Assembly (NCBI GenBank): GCA_963749495.1
Contig: CAVVMW010000001.1
Coordinates: 192,001-256,000 of the forward strand
From: an uncultured bacterium
GTDB lineage: Bacteria > Verrucomicrobiota > Verrucomicrobiia > Limisphaerales > UBA8199
Direction: 5' to 3'
DNA: 64,000 bases
Shown here: in pieces, positions 43,547-52,818 of the stretch
How the letters are laid out: every line of letters starts with the position of its first letter
How positions within the stretch are numbered: position 1 is the stretch's first letter
Notes under the pieces: generated by a model
Seen by the model: only the letters and a program-made list of their open reading frames with translations
What the model was told of the DNA's origin: nothing
Databases searched by the model: none
Position numbers and translations under genes: made by a program

Positions 43547-43778
43547 GGGGATTTCCTGGGGCTCGGTACTGGGACTGTCCCCGATTGCCACGGGGCGTCC
43601 AGGCATGATAAGACTCTCGGTCGAGATTATATTGACCGGAAGCCGGATCTATGGTTCATCTACCTCTTATGGCAGTCCATCGAGCACGTTGGTGCCGCAG
43701 GGCGGATGACCTGGAGCAGTGTGTCGCCGCGTCCCGGGGTTTCGGCCCGCAGGCCGCGAAGGAAATGGGGGGTGCGCG

Positions 43779-45830
43779 ATGAGAACGCTCCTGGTGCTGG
43801 CCCAACACCCCGGCCTGGCAGAGGCCATCCGGGCCGGAGTCAACCCCGAGGATTACCGGGTGCTGGAGCGTTCGACCCTCGATGAGGCCGAGCCGTTCCT
43901 GGCCCATGGTTTGATGGACGCGTGCATCCTGGACCTGGACTTGACGACGGTGCAGGGGGTCTGGGTGATTGAGAAACTGCGCCGGCGCGCGCCCAGATGC
44001 CCGGTCCTGGTCTATGCCTCCTCGCCGCAGCGGGAATGGGAGGAAGAGGCCTACCTGCAGGGGGCCACTCACGTGCTCAGCAAGCCGGTGCGCGTGCGGA
44101 TGTTGGCCGCCCTGCTCGCGCGGCTCTGGTCCGAGCCCGCTGCACCCGGGGCGGCGGTCTCTCCCCAGCCCGCGCTGCAGCCGGAGGCGCCACCGCCCGG
44201 GGAAGGGGCGCCTGCCCCGGCCGCGGCCGCCCAGACGCTCGGTGTGTTGCGTGACTTCTCGGGGATTCTGACCCAGTCGCTCAACGCCGAGGGGATGCTC
44301 AAGCAATTCCTGCTCTTGTTGCGCGAGATCCTTGGGCTGAACCGGGCGGCGATCTTCCTGCAAGGTCCCTTGGCCCCCTCGGCGGGCTCCCAAGTCTGGA
44401 GCGAGGGCCGCCAATTGCGGGCGGCCTGCTCGTTGGGTTTGTCGGCCGCCCTGCTCCAGCACTTCGAGCCTCTCCTTCGAGGCGGGCATCGGCGGCCAGG
44501 TCTTGCGCCTGGGCCGGATCTTGCGCCGCAATAGCCAGGAGGCCCGCGCCGACCTTCCCACACAAAAGGAATTCGAATTGCTGGGGGTCCAGGTGGCCGT
44601 GCCCATCCTCGACCGCGAGAACGTCGTCGGGGTGGCGGTGTTCGACGGCCGGGTCACGGGCGAGCCTCTGGCCAATCCGGAACTGGAACTCATCTTCCAC
44701 TTGCTCGAACAACTGGGCCTGGCCCTCAAGAACACCTGGCTCCACGACCAATTGGTCGGCAACCACGAGATGATGGCCGACATCCTCCGCGAATTGGGCA
44801 GCGCCTGCGTGGTCGTCAGCCGCGACCTGGCCATTCTTCACGCCAACAAGATGGCCCGCCGCCACTTCGGCCGCACCGACCGCCAAAAGACCGAGCTGGA
44901 ATTCAGCGACCTGCCCCAACCGCTCGGCGCCAAGGTCTATCAGGTCCTCAAGACCGGCTCGGCCGTCACCCATTTCAGGTTCGCGCCCGACCAGAATGCC
45001 TCAGCCGTCTTCAGCGCGAACATTGTCCCCTTCCAGCCCCAGCAGCCCGGCCTGCCGGCGGCGGCCTTGCTCATGGTCGAGGACCTGACCCAGAGCGAGC
45101 AGTTGCAGCGCCTGGAAATCGAGGCCGCCAAGCTGCGCCTGGTCAAGACCATGGCCGACCGGCTCACACATGAAATCGGCAACGCCCTGGTCCCGATCTC
45201 GGTTCACCAGCAAATGCTCGCCGAGAAGCTCGCCGCCCAGCACGTGGACACCGATTTCCTGCGAACCATGGAGCGGGACCTTTCCGACGGCGTCCGGCGC
45301 GTGACCCGCTTCACCAACCAGATGCGGTTCCTGGCCCGCGACAGCCTCATCTCCCAGGAGTCCTTTGACCTGGCCCCGCTCCTGGAAGAGGCCTACCAGG
45401 AGGCCCGCCGCTATCAGCCCGGCAAGGCCGCCCAACTCACTTACGATACGGGCGACAAACCCATTATCCTCACCGGCGACAGGGCCGCCCTCAAGCACGC
45501 CCTGGCCGAGGTGATGCTCAATGCCCTCCAGGCCAACCCGGCCGACCCGCGCATCGGCGTCCATCTGCGCGCCGACCCCGCCGGCAACGGCAACGGCGGC
45601 CACGCGGGATTGCAGATCGAGGTCCAGGACAACGGCCCTGGTTTCACGGCCGATTCCGCGCAAAAGGCCTCCTCCCCCTTCTTCACGACGCGCAGCGTCG
45701 GCCTTGGCCTCGGCCTGACGGTGAGCCGAAAGATCATCGAGACCCATCGCGGCAAGCTCAACATCGTCCCCCCGCCTCAGGCCGGGCCGGCTTCATCCGC
45801 ATCAGCCTGCCACTGGAGACCGCTGCCTGA
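43779..45830 (+). CDS. REC-like/GAF/PAS histidine kinase (frameshifts near 44468 and 45790)
   Basis: ACILDL..SKP; GAF segment VAVPIL; THEIGNAL; NALQA; DNGPG; FFTT; GLGLGL. Confidence 0.85.
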
Positions 45831-45842
45831 TTGGCAAAACCC

Positions 45843-46493
45843 ATGTCACAGGAACCGGTTTTAGCCCGGCTGGCTCGCTACGGGATTGTGCCCGTGATCG
45901 CGATTGAGAGAATCGAAGCTGCCCTCCCGCTGGCGGACGCATTGCTGCAAGGGGGCTTGCCGGTGATCGAGATCACGTTCCGGACCGCGGCGGCGGCCGA
46001 GGTCATTCGCCTCCTGGCGCAGGAGCGCCCGCAGCTCCTGGTGGGGGCCGGCACGGTGCTCACGCCGGCCAACCTGGAGGCGGCCAAGGCCAGCGGAGCC
46101 GCCTTCGCGGTGGCGCCCGGTTTGAACCCGCAAGTGGTCCGCCTGGCGCAGGAGGCGGCGCTGCCGTTCGTGCCCGGGGTGGCCACGCCCAGCGACATCG
46201 AGGGGGGCTTGGCCCTGGGCTGCAAGCTGCTGAAGTTCTTCCCGGCCGAGGCCCTGGGCGGCGTAGCGATGATCCAGGCGTTGGCCGCCCCTTACCAGCA
46301 CACGGGCCTGCGCTTTATGCCGACTGGCGGCGTGAGCATGGCCAACCTCCAGAGCTATCTCAGGCTGGACACGGTTGCGGCAGTCGGGGGCACCTGGCTG
46401 GCCAGGAAGGAAGACCTGGCCGCCGCCAGATGGGACGACATTCGCAACCGGTGCAAGGCGGCGCTGGAGATAGCCGGCGGGGCGCGGGCTTGA
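45843..46493 (+). CDS. eda: KHG/KDPG aldolase
   Basis: IEITFRT, VGAGTVL, PGVATPSD, KFFPAE, FMPTGGV, VGGTW. Confidence 0.93.
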   Translation: MSQEPVLARLARYGIVPVIAIERIEAALPLADALLQGGLPVIEITFRTAAAAEVIRLLAQERPQLLVGAGTVLTPANLEAAKASGAAFAVAPGLNPQVVRLAQEAALPFVPGVATPSDIEGGLALGCKLLKFFPAEALGGVAMIQALAAPYQHTGLRFMPTGGVSMANLQSYLRLDTVAAVGGTWLARKEDLAAARWDDIRNRCKAALEIAGGARA

Positions 46494-46537
46494 GGTTGAG
46501 GCCCTCACAGGCTTGTGGCTGAGCGCGCCAGTGCATC

Positions 46538-47245
46538 AGGGCCGAAGGCCCGCAATTTGATAGCCTGGGCTGGAGCGAGTCCCTCGAGCGGAGGCCCAGG
46601 TCAGCCACCGTCGCGGATGTCCCCAGCGCTGTAAGAATTCCCGGAACGAATTCGCGCTTTGCGCCCCTGAACCTCGACACTGCGTTCCCGTCCCGCGAAG
46701 CGTTTTGGACTGCCGCAGTCCAAAACCTTCGGACTTGGTGTTGGTTCATGGGGAGGGCGTCACCCCTCATGCCCCAATCTTTGGCCAACATCGTGGTTCA
46801 CTCGCCTTGAGCACCAAAAGCCCTCTTCCGCCCCCTACAGGGCGGAGGAAAGGTCTCTGTGTGCCCTTGCCTTGGGCTGCGCGCTGCGCGCTTCACCCCA
46901 GGCTTTCACATTGCGGGCCTTCTGCCCTCTCCCCTTTCGAAGGGGACAGGGAGAGCAGTCGCGTAGCGACGCAGTGAAGGTAGCCGTGGACCTCGGTCCA
47001 CGGTTCAGGGCGTGGGAATAGTCACGCGTCGCGTAGCGACGCCTGACAGCGTCCCGGTTTTCAGGCGTCGCTACGCGACGCGGTCGAGCTTGGGCCATAG
47101 GTCCGTGGACTGGAAGTCCACGGCTACCATCGGGCACCGCTACGCGGTGAGCCGGGGGCAGCGCGCGCGTCGCGTAGCGACGCAGTGAAGATAGCCGTGG
47201 ACCTCCCCTTCGGAAGGGGAGAGGGTCGGGGTGAGGGGTCTGCCC
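46538..47245. repeat. Mosaic of at least four REP families
   Basis: 46538-46602, 46643-46750, 46870-46950, 46958-47205 and 47205-47240. Confidence 0.85.
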
Positions 47246-47339
47246 GCGGCGCCGTTTCCGCCTTCATTGAGGGCCTTACCCGCCCTGCCGGCTTTGGCTT
47301 GACGGGGGGGAATCCAACTGGCAGTGTGGGGGGCAGTGG

Positions 47340-47415
47340 GCCAACGTAGCTCAGTTGGTAGAGCAGCGCTTTCGTAAAGCGCGGGTCAACGGTTCAAATC
47401 CGCCCGTTGGCTCCA
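47340..47415 (+). tRNA. tRNA-Thr(CGT)
   Basis: GCCAACG/CGTTGGC acceptor stem, TAGCTCAGTTGGTAGAGC D-arm, GCGCT-TTCGTAA-AGCGC anticodon arm, GGTTCAAATCC, encoded CCA; 76 nt. Confidence 0.93.
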
Positions 47416-47502
47416 TTTTCTTTTACCCGCAGAACACGGAGAAGAAGTGATAAAAAAGGTAGTTTCTTTCTGCGTCATTCTGCGTAATCTGCGGGCATAA
47501 AC

Positions 47503-48972
47503 ATGGACCTGTTAACGCTTTCGCGGCTGCAGTTTGCGCTGACGGTGATGTTTCATTACCTGTTCCCGCCTCTGACGATCGGGCTGGGCGGGCTGATCGT
47601 GTCGCTGGAGGCCCTGTTCCTCAAGACGGGCGAGGCGCTTTACGAGCAGGCGGCGAGGTTCTGGACGAAGGTCTTCGCGGTGAACTTCGCGATGGGAGTC
47701 GCGACGGGGATCGTCCTGGAATTCGAGTTCGGGACCAATTGGGCGGCCTACTCCAGATTTGTGGGGGACGTGTTCGGCTCGGCGCTGGCGGCGGAGGGCA
47801 TCTTCGCGTTTTTCCTGGAGTCGGGTTTCCTGGCGGTGCTGGTATTCGGCTGGGACAGGGTCTCGGCGCGGACGCATTTCTTTGCGGCGTGCATGGTGGC
47901 GCTGGGGGCGGTGTTCTCGTCGATCTGGATCGTGGTCGCCAACTCGTGGCAGCAGACGCCCTCGGGCTATCACATCGTGGGCGAGGGATTGAGGGCGCGG
48001 GCGGAGATCACGGATTTTTGGGCGATGGTGTTGAACCCGTCGAGCCTGCACCGATGGCTGCACGTGCTGATCGGGTCGTACCTCCTGGCGGCGTTTTTCG
48101 TGATGAGCATCTGCGCCTATTACATTTTGAAGGGGCGGCACCTGGATTTTGCGCGCCGGAGTTTCACGCCGGCCCTGGTGTTGGGCGCGCTCATGTCCCT
48201 GGCCGCGCTGGTCCAGGGGGATCTGCAGGCCAAGAAGGTGGCGGTGACGCAGCCCGCCAAGCTGGCGGCCATGGAGGCGCACTTCCGCACGGGCACGGGC
48301 GGCAGCCCGCTCTACCTGGCGGGCCTGCCGGATGAGCGTGAACAGCGGGTCCGATGCGGGCTGGCGGTGCCCGGGCTGCTCAGTTTGCTGGTGCACGGGG
48401 ATGCCCGCCAGCCGGTCAAGGGCCTGGACCAGGTCCCGCCGCAGGACTGGCCGCCGGTGGCGGTGACGTTCCTTTCGTTCCACATTATGGCAGGGCTTGG
48501 CCTGTGCTTCATTTTGTTGACGGGGCTGGGCTGCTATTTCCGGTGGCGCGGGACGCTCTTCGAGAAACGCCGGCTCTTGGCCGTCTTCGTCGGGGCCGTC
48601 CCGCTGGCCTACCTGGCCAACGAATTGGGCTGGGTGACGGCCGAGGCGGGGCGGCAGCCTTGGATTGTCTATGGCCTGCTCCGCACCAGCCGCGGTCTCT
48701 CCGAGGCGGTGTCGCCGGCCCAGACCTTGGGCTCGATGCTGATGTTCCTGTTGATTTACGGGCTGCTCTTTGCGGTCTGGCTGCGGGTGCTGACCGACAA
48801 GGTCCATCAAGGCCCGGAACCGGCGCCCGCGCGGGCCGGGACCACCCCCCGCGCCCTGGCCCAGATCGCCGACCTGCGCGCCGGCACCGGCGGGGCCTCC
48901 TTGACCAAGCCGGGGCAGAGCGACACGGGCGAAGTGAAACCAAGTAATCCTGAGCATCGCAATTCAACCTGA
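47503..48972 (+). CDS. cydA: Cytochrome bd ubiquinol oxidase subunit I
   Basis: [52 protein letters not shown]. Confidence 0.96.
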   Translation: MDLLTLSRLQFALTVMFHYLFPPLTIGLGGLIVSLEALFLKTGEALYEQAARFWTKVFAVNFAMGVATGIVLEFEFGTNWAAYSRFVGDVFGSALAAEGIFAFFLESGFLAVLVFGWDRVSARTHFFAACMVALGAVFSSIWIVVANSWQQTPSGYHIVGEGLRARAEITDFWAMVLNPSSLHRWLHVLIGSYLLAAFFVMSICAYYILKGRHLDFARRSFTPALVLGALMSLAALVQGDLQAKKVAVTQPAKLAAMEAHFRTGTGGSPLYLAGLPDEREQRVRCGLAVPGLLSLLVHGDARQPVKGLDQVPPQDWPPVAVTFLSFHIMAGLGLCFILLTGLGCYFRWRGTLFEKRRLLAVFVGAVPLAYLANELGWVTAEAGRQPWIVYGLLRTSRGLSEAVSPAQTLGSMLMFLLIYGLLFAVWLRVLTDKVHQGPEPAPARAGTTPRALAQIADLRAGTGGASLTKPGQSDTGEVKPSNPEHRNST

Positions 48973-49014
48973 ATGGCAACAGCCAACACTGTCACACTCG
49001 TGCAGATTTTGGGC

Positions 49015-49095
49015 CTTTGTCGCAGCCTTTGTCGCGACCTTTGTCGAATGCGCGATTCCTCGACAAAGGCTGCGACAAAGGCTGCGACAAAGGTT
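49015..49095. repeat. 12-bp-unit REP between cydA and cydB
   Basis: CTTTGTCG x3 / CGACAAAGG x3. Confidence 0.9.
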
Positions 49096-49135
49096 CTGCC
49101 AGTGTTGCGTGGTTCGCTTTAGGATGGACACGGAT

Positions 49136-50152
49136 ATGGACCTCAATTTCTTCTGGTTTGTGCTGCTGGGCGTTTTGCTGGCCGGGTACGCCATCCTGGA
49201 CGGCTTTGATTTGGGAGTCGGCATTCTGCACCTGTGGGCGCGCCAGGACCAGGAGCGGCGGCTCTTGATGAACTCGATCGGGCCGCTGTGGGATGGGAAC
49301 GAGGTCTGGCTGGTGACCTTCGGCGGGGCGATGTTCGCGGCGTTTCCGGAGGTGTATGCGACGGTGTTTTCGGGCTTTTACACGGCGTTCATGGCGCTGC
49401 TCTTTGCGCTCATCTTCCGGGCGGTTTCGATGGAGTTCCGCGGCAAACGGCAAGCCAGGGCCTGGCGCGCGTTCTGGGACGGCTCGTTTTTCGGCGGGAG
49501 CGCGCTGGCGACCTTTCTTTACGGGGTGGCGGTGGGCAATGCGATGCAGGGGATGCCCATCGGTCCGGACAAGGTCTTCCGGGGCACCACCCTCGACCTG
49601 CTGCGGCCTTACCCGCTGCTCATCGGCCTGCTGGCCGTGGCGACATTCGCCATGCACGGGTCGTTCTATCTGGGCCTGAAGACCGAAGGGGACCTGCAGA
49701 AACGCGTCCACTCCTGGATGTGGCGGACGTTCGGCGTATTCCTGGCGTTCTACCTGTTTGCGACGATTTTCACCCTGGCCGAGGTCCCGCTGGCCACGCG
49801 CAATTTCCACACCCATCCCTGGGTCTGGCTGGTCGTGGTGCTGAACATCCTGGCCGTGGCCAACATCCCCCGCGCCATCTACCTGAACCGGCCCGGCTAT
49901 GCCTTCGCCTCGTCCTGCGCCACGATCGCCGCGCTCACCTTCTTCTTCGGCGTGGCGCTCTTCCCCGAGTTGGTCCATTCCTCCCTCAATCCCGATTGGA
50001 GCCTCGATATCCATAACGGCGCTTCCTCGCCCAAGACCCTGTCGATCATGCGCAACATCGCCCTGCTGGGCCTTCCGTTCGTGCTGGCCTACTCCGCCGC
50101 CATCTTCTGGGTCTTCCGCGGCAAGGTCAGGCTGGGGCATTTCAGCTACTGA
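49136..50152 (+). CDS. cydB: Cytochrome bd ubiquinol oxidase subunit II
   Basis: YAILDGFDLGVG, IGPLWDGNEVWL, FAAFP, VFRGKV. An alternative start is at 49124. Confidence 0.95.
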   Translation: MDLNFFWFVLLGVLLAGYAILDGFDLGVGILHLWARQDQERRLLMNSIGPLWDGNEVWLVTFGGAMFAAFPEVYATVFSGFYTAFMALLFALIFRAVSMEFRGKRQARAWRAFWDGSFFGGSALATFLYGVAVGNAMQGMPIGPDKVFRGTTLDLLRPYPLLIGLLAVATFAMHGSFYLGLKTEGDLQKRVHSWMWRTFGVFLAFYLFATIFTLAEVPLATRNFHTHPWVWLVVVLNILAVANIPRAIYLNRPGYAFASSCATIAALTFFFGVALFPELVHSSLNPDWSLDIHNGASSPKTLSIMRNIALLGLPFVLAYSAAIFWVFRGKVRLGHFSY

Positions 50153-50174
50153 CCCAAATCAATTCACTGGAGCT

Positions 50175-50617
50175 ATGCGTGTTCTGATTGCAACGGCAAC
50201 GGCCGGCGGCGGGCATCTGGCGGCGGCGGCGGCCCTCGATGAGGCCTGGCGCGCCGCCCGGCCGCAGGACTCGGTCCAACAGGTTGACGTGGTGCAGTTC
50301 TTCTCGCCGCTCCACCGCAAGATTCACGCGGAGGGTTATCTGAAACTGATGTTGATCGTCAAGCCGATCCCCGGACAGGAGGCGGCCAATTGCGACTTCC
50401 TGCTCGAACGCGGCGCGGCGGCAAAGGTGAACCGGACCGAGGACCTGCCGTTCCGCATCGGGCAGTTGCTCGGGCCCCGAGGCTGGCCCAAATGGCTCGA
50501 GCCGCAAAGGCCCTGGGCCGGCCCGGGGCGGCCGATGAGATCCGCCGACTGGTCCTCGAGCGCGTGGAAGGCGCGGCCACGGGGCCACGAGCACCGCGTA
50601 GCGGTGCCGGAGGGTAG
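50175..50617 (+). pseudogene. MGDG-synthase/UgtP-like (GT28) glycosyltransferase remnant with internal deletion
   Basis: MRVLIATATAGGGHLAAA...GYLKL is joined in frame near 50349 to the C-terminal MLIVKPIPGQEAANCDFL...GRPGAA. The 3' end runs into a REP. Confidence 0.8.
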
Positions 50618-50800
50618 CCGTGGACCTCGGTCCACGGACCGCATGGCCCATGATCGAGCGCGTCGCGTAGCGACGCTTGAAGCCAGGATTCGATCTGAGA
50701 GCGCGCACCTTCAAGCGTCGCTACGCGACGCCAGCCCCATCCAATGCTCTAAACCGTGGACCGAGGTCCACGGCTACCTTCACTGCGTCGCTCCGCGACG
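50593..50800. repeat. REP cluster (GTAGCCGTGGAC family)
   Basis: Same units as 18524-18730. Confidence 0.85.
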
Positions 50801-50875
50801 CGCGGGTCCGCTGCCCGCGCGCGGCGTGGATTAGAAAGCTTAATCGCTAGCCTCCCTCGAAGGGCAGCCGGCGCA

Positions 50876-50904
50876 TTGACACTCCTGGGGTGTTTGTGTA
50901 GTTT
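50876..50904 (+). promoter_or_regulatory. Putative sigma70 promoter for the HNH gene
   Basis: TTGACA-17bp-TAGTTT. Confidence 0.5.
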
Positions 50905-50926
50905 TGCCCCAGTTCGATCCGGGATC

Positions 50927-51544
50927 ATGACCTCGATGTTGAACCAACATGTGCTGGTGCTCAACCGCTTGTGGCAGGCGGTGAACGTGTGCACGGCGCG
51001 GCGGGCGCTGACCTTGCTGTTTCAGGGCCATGCCCAGGCTGTGCTCGACCGCAGCGACGGCTCGTTCCAGACCTACAACTTCACTGAATGGCAGGACTTC
51101 TCCCGGCAGGAACCTCCTGCGGAGTCCATCCGCAGCGTCTCATTCCGCATCCGGGTGCCGCGGGTCATCCTGCTGCTGGTTTACGACCGCTTGCCCAAGA
51201 AGGAAGTGAAGTTCACGCGGCACAATATCTTCGAGCGCGACAAGAACACCTGCCAATACTGCGGCAAGGTGTGTGACCGCAACGACCTGAACCTGGACCA
51301 CGTGATTCCGCGCGACCGCGGCGGCCCCACCACGTGGGAGAACATCGTCTGCTCCTGCATCGAGTGCAACACGCTCAAGGCCAACCGCAGCCCTCAGGAG
51401 GCGGGGATGCGCCTCATTCGCAAACCCAAACGGCCCAAGTGGCGTCCCTTCGTCCAGATCACCTTCACCCTCCACCAGCACGATAGCTGGAAGCACTTCA
51501 TTGACTTGGCCTACTGGAACGTCGAACTGGGCGAAGACGTGTAG
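50927..51544 (+). CDS. HNH endonuclease (McrA-like)
   Basis: VLVLN, RHNIFERDKNTCQYCG, LDHVIPRDRGG, WENIVCSCIECNTLK. Confidence 0.92.
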   Translation: MTSMLNQHVLVLNRLWQAVNVCTARRALTLLFQGHAQAVLDRSDGSFQTYNFTEWQDFSRQEPPAESIRSVSFRIRVPRVILLLVYDRLPKKEVKFTRHNIFERDKNTCQYCGKVCDRNDLNLDHVIPRDRGGPTTWENIVCSCIECNTLKANRSPQEAGMRLIRKPKRPKWRPFVQITFTLHQHDSWKHFIDLAYWNVELGEDV

Positions 51545-51727
51545 GCGGAGGCCGGAGGCCGGAGGCCGGAGGTCGGAGGCCAGAGGGCGGAGGCCGAGAC
51601 GTCAGAGGTCGGAGGCCGGAGGTCAGAGGGCGGAGGCCAGACGTTAGAGGGCGGAGGCCGGAGGTCAGAGGGCGGAGGCCGGAGGTCAGAGGGCGGAGGG
51701 GGGCCGTCGGGGAGCGGAGGGCGGAGG
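51545..51727. repeat. Left heptamer arm of the four-helix-bundle cassette (CGGAGGC/AGAGGGC/AGAGGTC)
   Basis: About 25 degenerate purine-rich 7-mers starting at the HNH stop codon. Confidence 0.92.
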
Positions 51728-52114
51728 CTGGACATCTCGAGGGACAAATTTCTCGGGCATGGCCATCATCCTGCCGAGCCTTTTGCCAATCCATGCAATG
51801 CGGGCCTGGAGATTTGTCTCCTCGCTGGGGGAGATGTACCCGCACGCCATCGCGCTCGTGAGCCAATGAGAAGTCTCCTGCAGTTCGCCGTCAGCATCGG
51901 TGAGCTTGCTCACAAAGTGGGGAGGATAGCGTCGCTTGGCCCACGCCTCAGCCAGATTCCCACCAATGGACCGCGAGGAGCGGCGCACTTGATCGGTGAG
52001 CGAGAATTTTTCATCTGCCGGCCAGGCCTTCGAAATTTTGAAAATATCCTGCTGAACCTCGAAGGCCTCTTGGTAAGCCCGCAGGTCCCGAAATGAACGG
52101 ATTTCCTCTGCCAT
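51686..52114 (-). CDS. Four helix bundle protein (23S-IVP/Avd-like family)
   Basis: SFRDLRAYQ, PADEKFSLTDQVRRSSRSIGGNLAEAW, KLTDADGELQET, CGYI; the C-terminal tail is encoded by the repeat arm. Confidence 0.92.
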   Translation of the reverse strand: MAEEIRSFRDLRAYQEAFEVQQDIFKISKAWPADEKFSLTDQVRRSSRSIGGNLAEAWAKRRYPPHFVSKLTDADGELQETSHWLTSAMACGYISPSEETNLQARIAWIGKRLGRMMAMPEKFVPRDVQPPPSAPRRPPSAL

Positions 52115-52160
52115 AGAATTGTTCTCCTGGTTGTCAGATGTTTCTGATTCTCGCCCCTGT

Positions 52161-52292
52161 CTTCCGGCCTCGGCCCTCTGGCCTCGGCCCTCTGGCCTCT
52201 GTTTCCTGGCCTCGATCCACTGCCCTCGGCCCTCCGTCCTCCGTCCTCCGCCCTCCGTCCTCTGGCCTCAGGCCTCCGTCCTCCGTCCTCCG
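52161..52292. repeat. Right heptamer arm (GCCCTCT/GCCTCGG/TCCTCCG), inverted relative to the left arm
   Basis: Its reverse complement gives AGAGGGC/CCGAGGC/CGGAGGA units; it ends at the stop of the next gene. Confidence 0.9.
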
Positions 52293-52655
52293 TCACCGCG
52301 CCGCCCGGGCGGCCTCGATCAACTCCCAGAACTTCGGGTTCTGCTGAAGGGCCTCGTCCTCCTGCACCTTCAGGCCCGAGCGGTAGAGAAAGTCCTTGAG
52401 GGTATGGCGGTTCAGGATGCGATGGACCACCAGGCCCAGTTCGTGCCGCTCGAAATAGACCCGGTAATCGCCCACGCGGAAGCGGTGCAGGATGCGGCCT
52501 GCCCGCTCGAGTTTGCCGAACTGGTCCAGTTCGGTGTTCATGATCTGCTGCGGCAAGCCCCGGAACTCGCCCAGGATCTGCAACTGGAGGTCCCTGGGCA
52601 TCCGCGCCAATTCGGCGGCGCTGGTCGGATTGAAGATGATCTGAAACGGGCGCAT
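52293..52655 (-). CDS. RelE/ParE-like fold protein with C-terminal extension
   Basis: FQIIFNPTSAAELARMP and HRFRVGDYRVYFE resemble the RelE R.RVGDYR motif. Confidence 0.65.
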   Translation of the reverse strand: MRPFQIIFNPTSAAELARMPRDLQLQILGEFRGLPQQIMNTELDQFGKLERAGRILHRFRVGDYRVYFERHELGLVVHRILNRHTLKDFLYRSGLKVQEDEALQQNPKFWELIEAARAAR

Positions 52656-52818
52656 GGCTGGAGGGAGGATGCACGGGAATGAGGGGGTTGGCAAAACAAA
52701 ACAATGCGTCTAGCATGCAACCTCCAGCGTGATATGAAGGCGGACAAGCAGGACCTTCCTGGCTTCTCACCTCATCCAGATGAATTTTAGCACCGTACAG
52801 AGGGCCGATTGCGAATCC

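Noticed and set aside
43268..43885. ORFs with LWTVDCG or PQSTVHS repeats (also 8839-9447 and 51498-51866)
   Set aside because: These are translations of non-coding 7-bp arrays.
47340..47500. tRNA-Thr as an integration site of a prophage or island
   Set aside because: No integrase and no duplicated tRNA 3' end seen; cydAB follows directly.
51686..52114. Diversity-generating retroelement or 23S rRNA intervening sequence
   Set aside because: No reverse transcriptase, no TR/VR pair differing at adenines, and no rRNA in the window.
50927..52655. HNH + four-helix bundle + RelE-like genes as one defence operon
   Set aside because: HNH is convergent to the other two genes, and the middle gene looks like an independent insertion between the stop codons.
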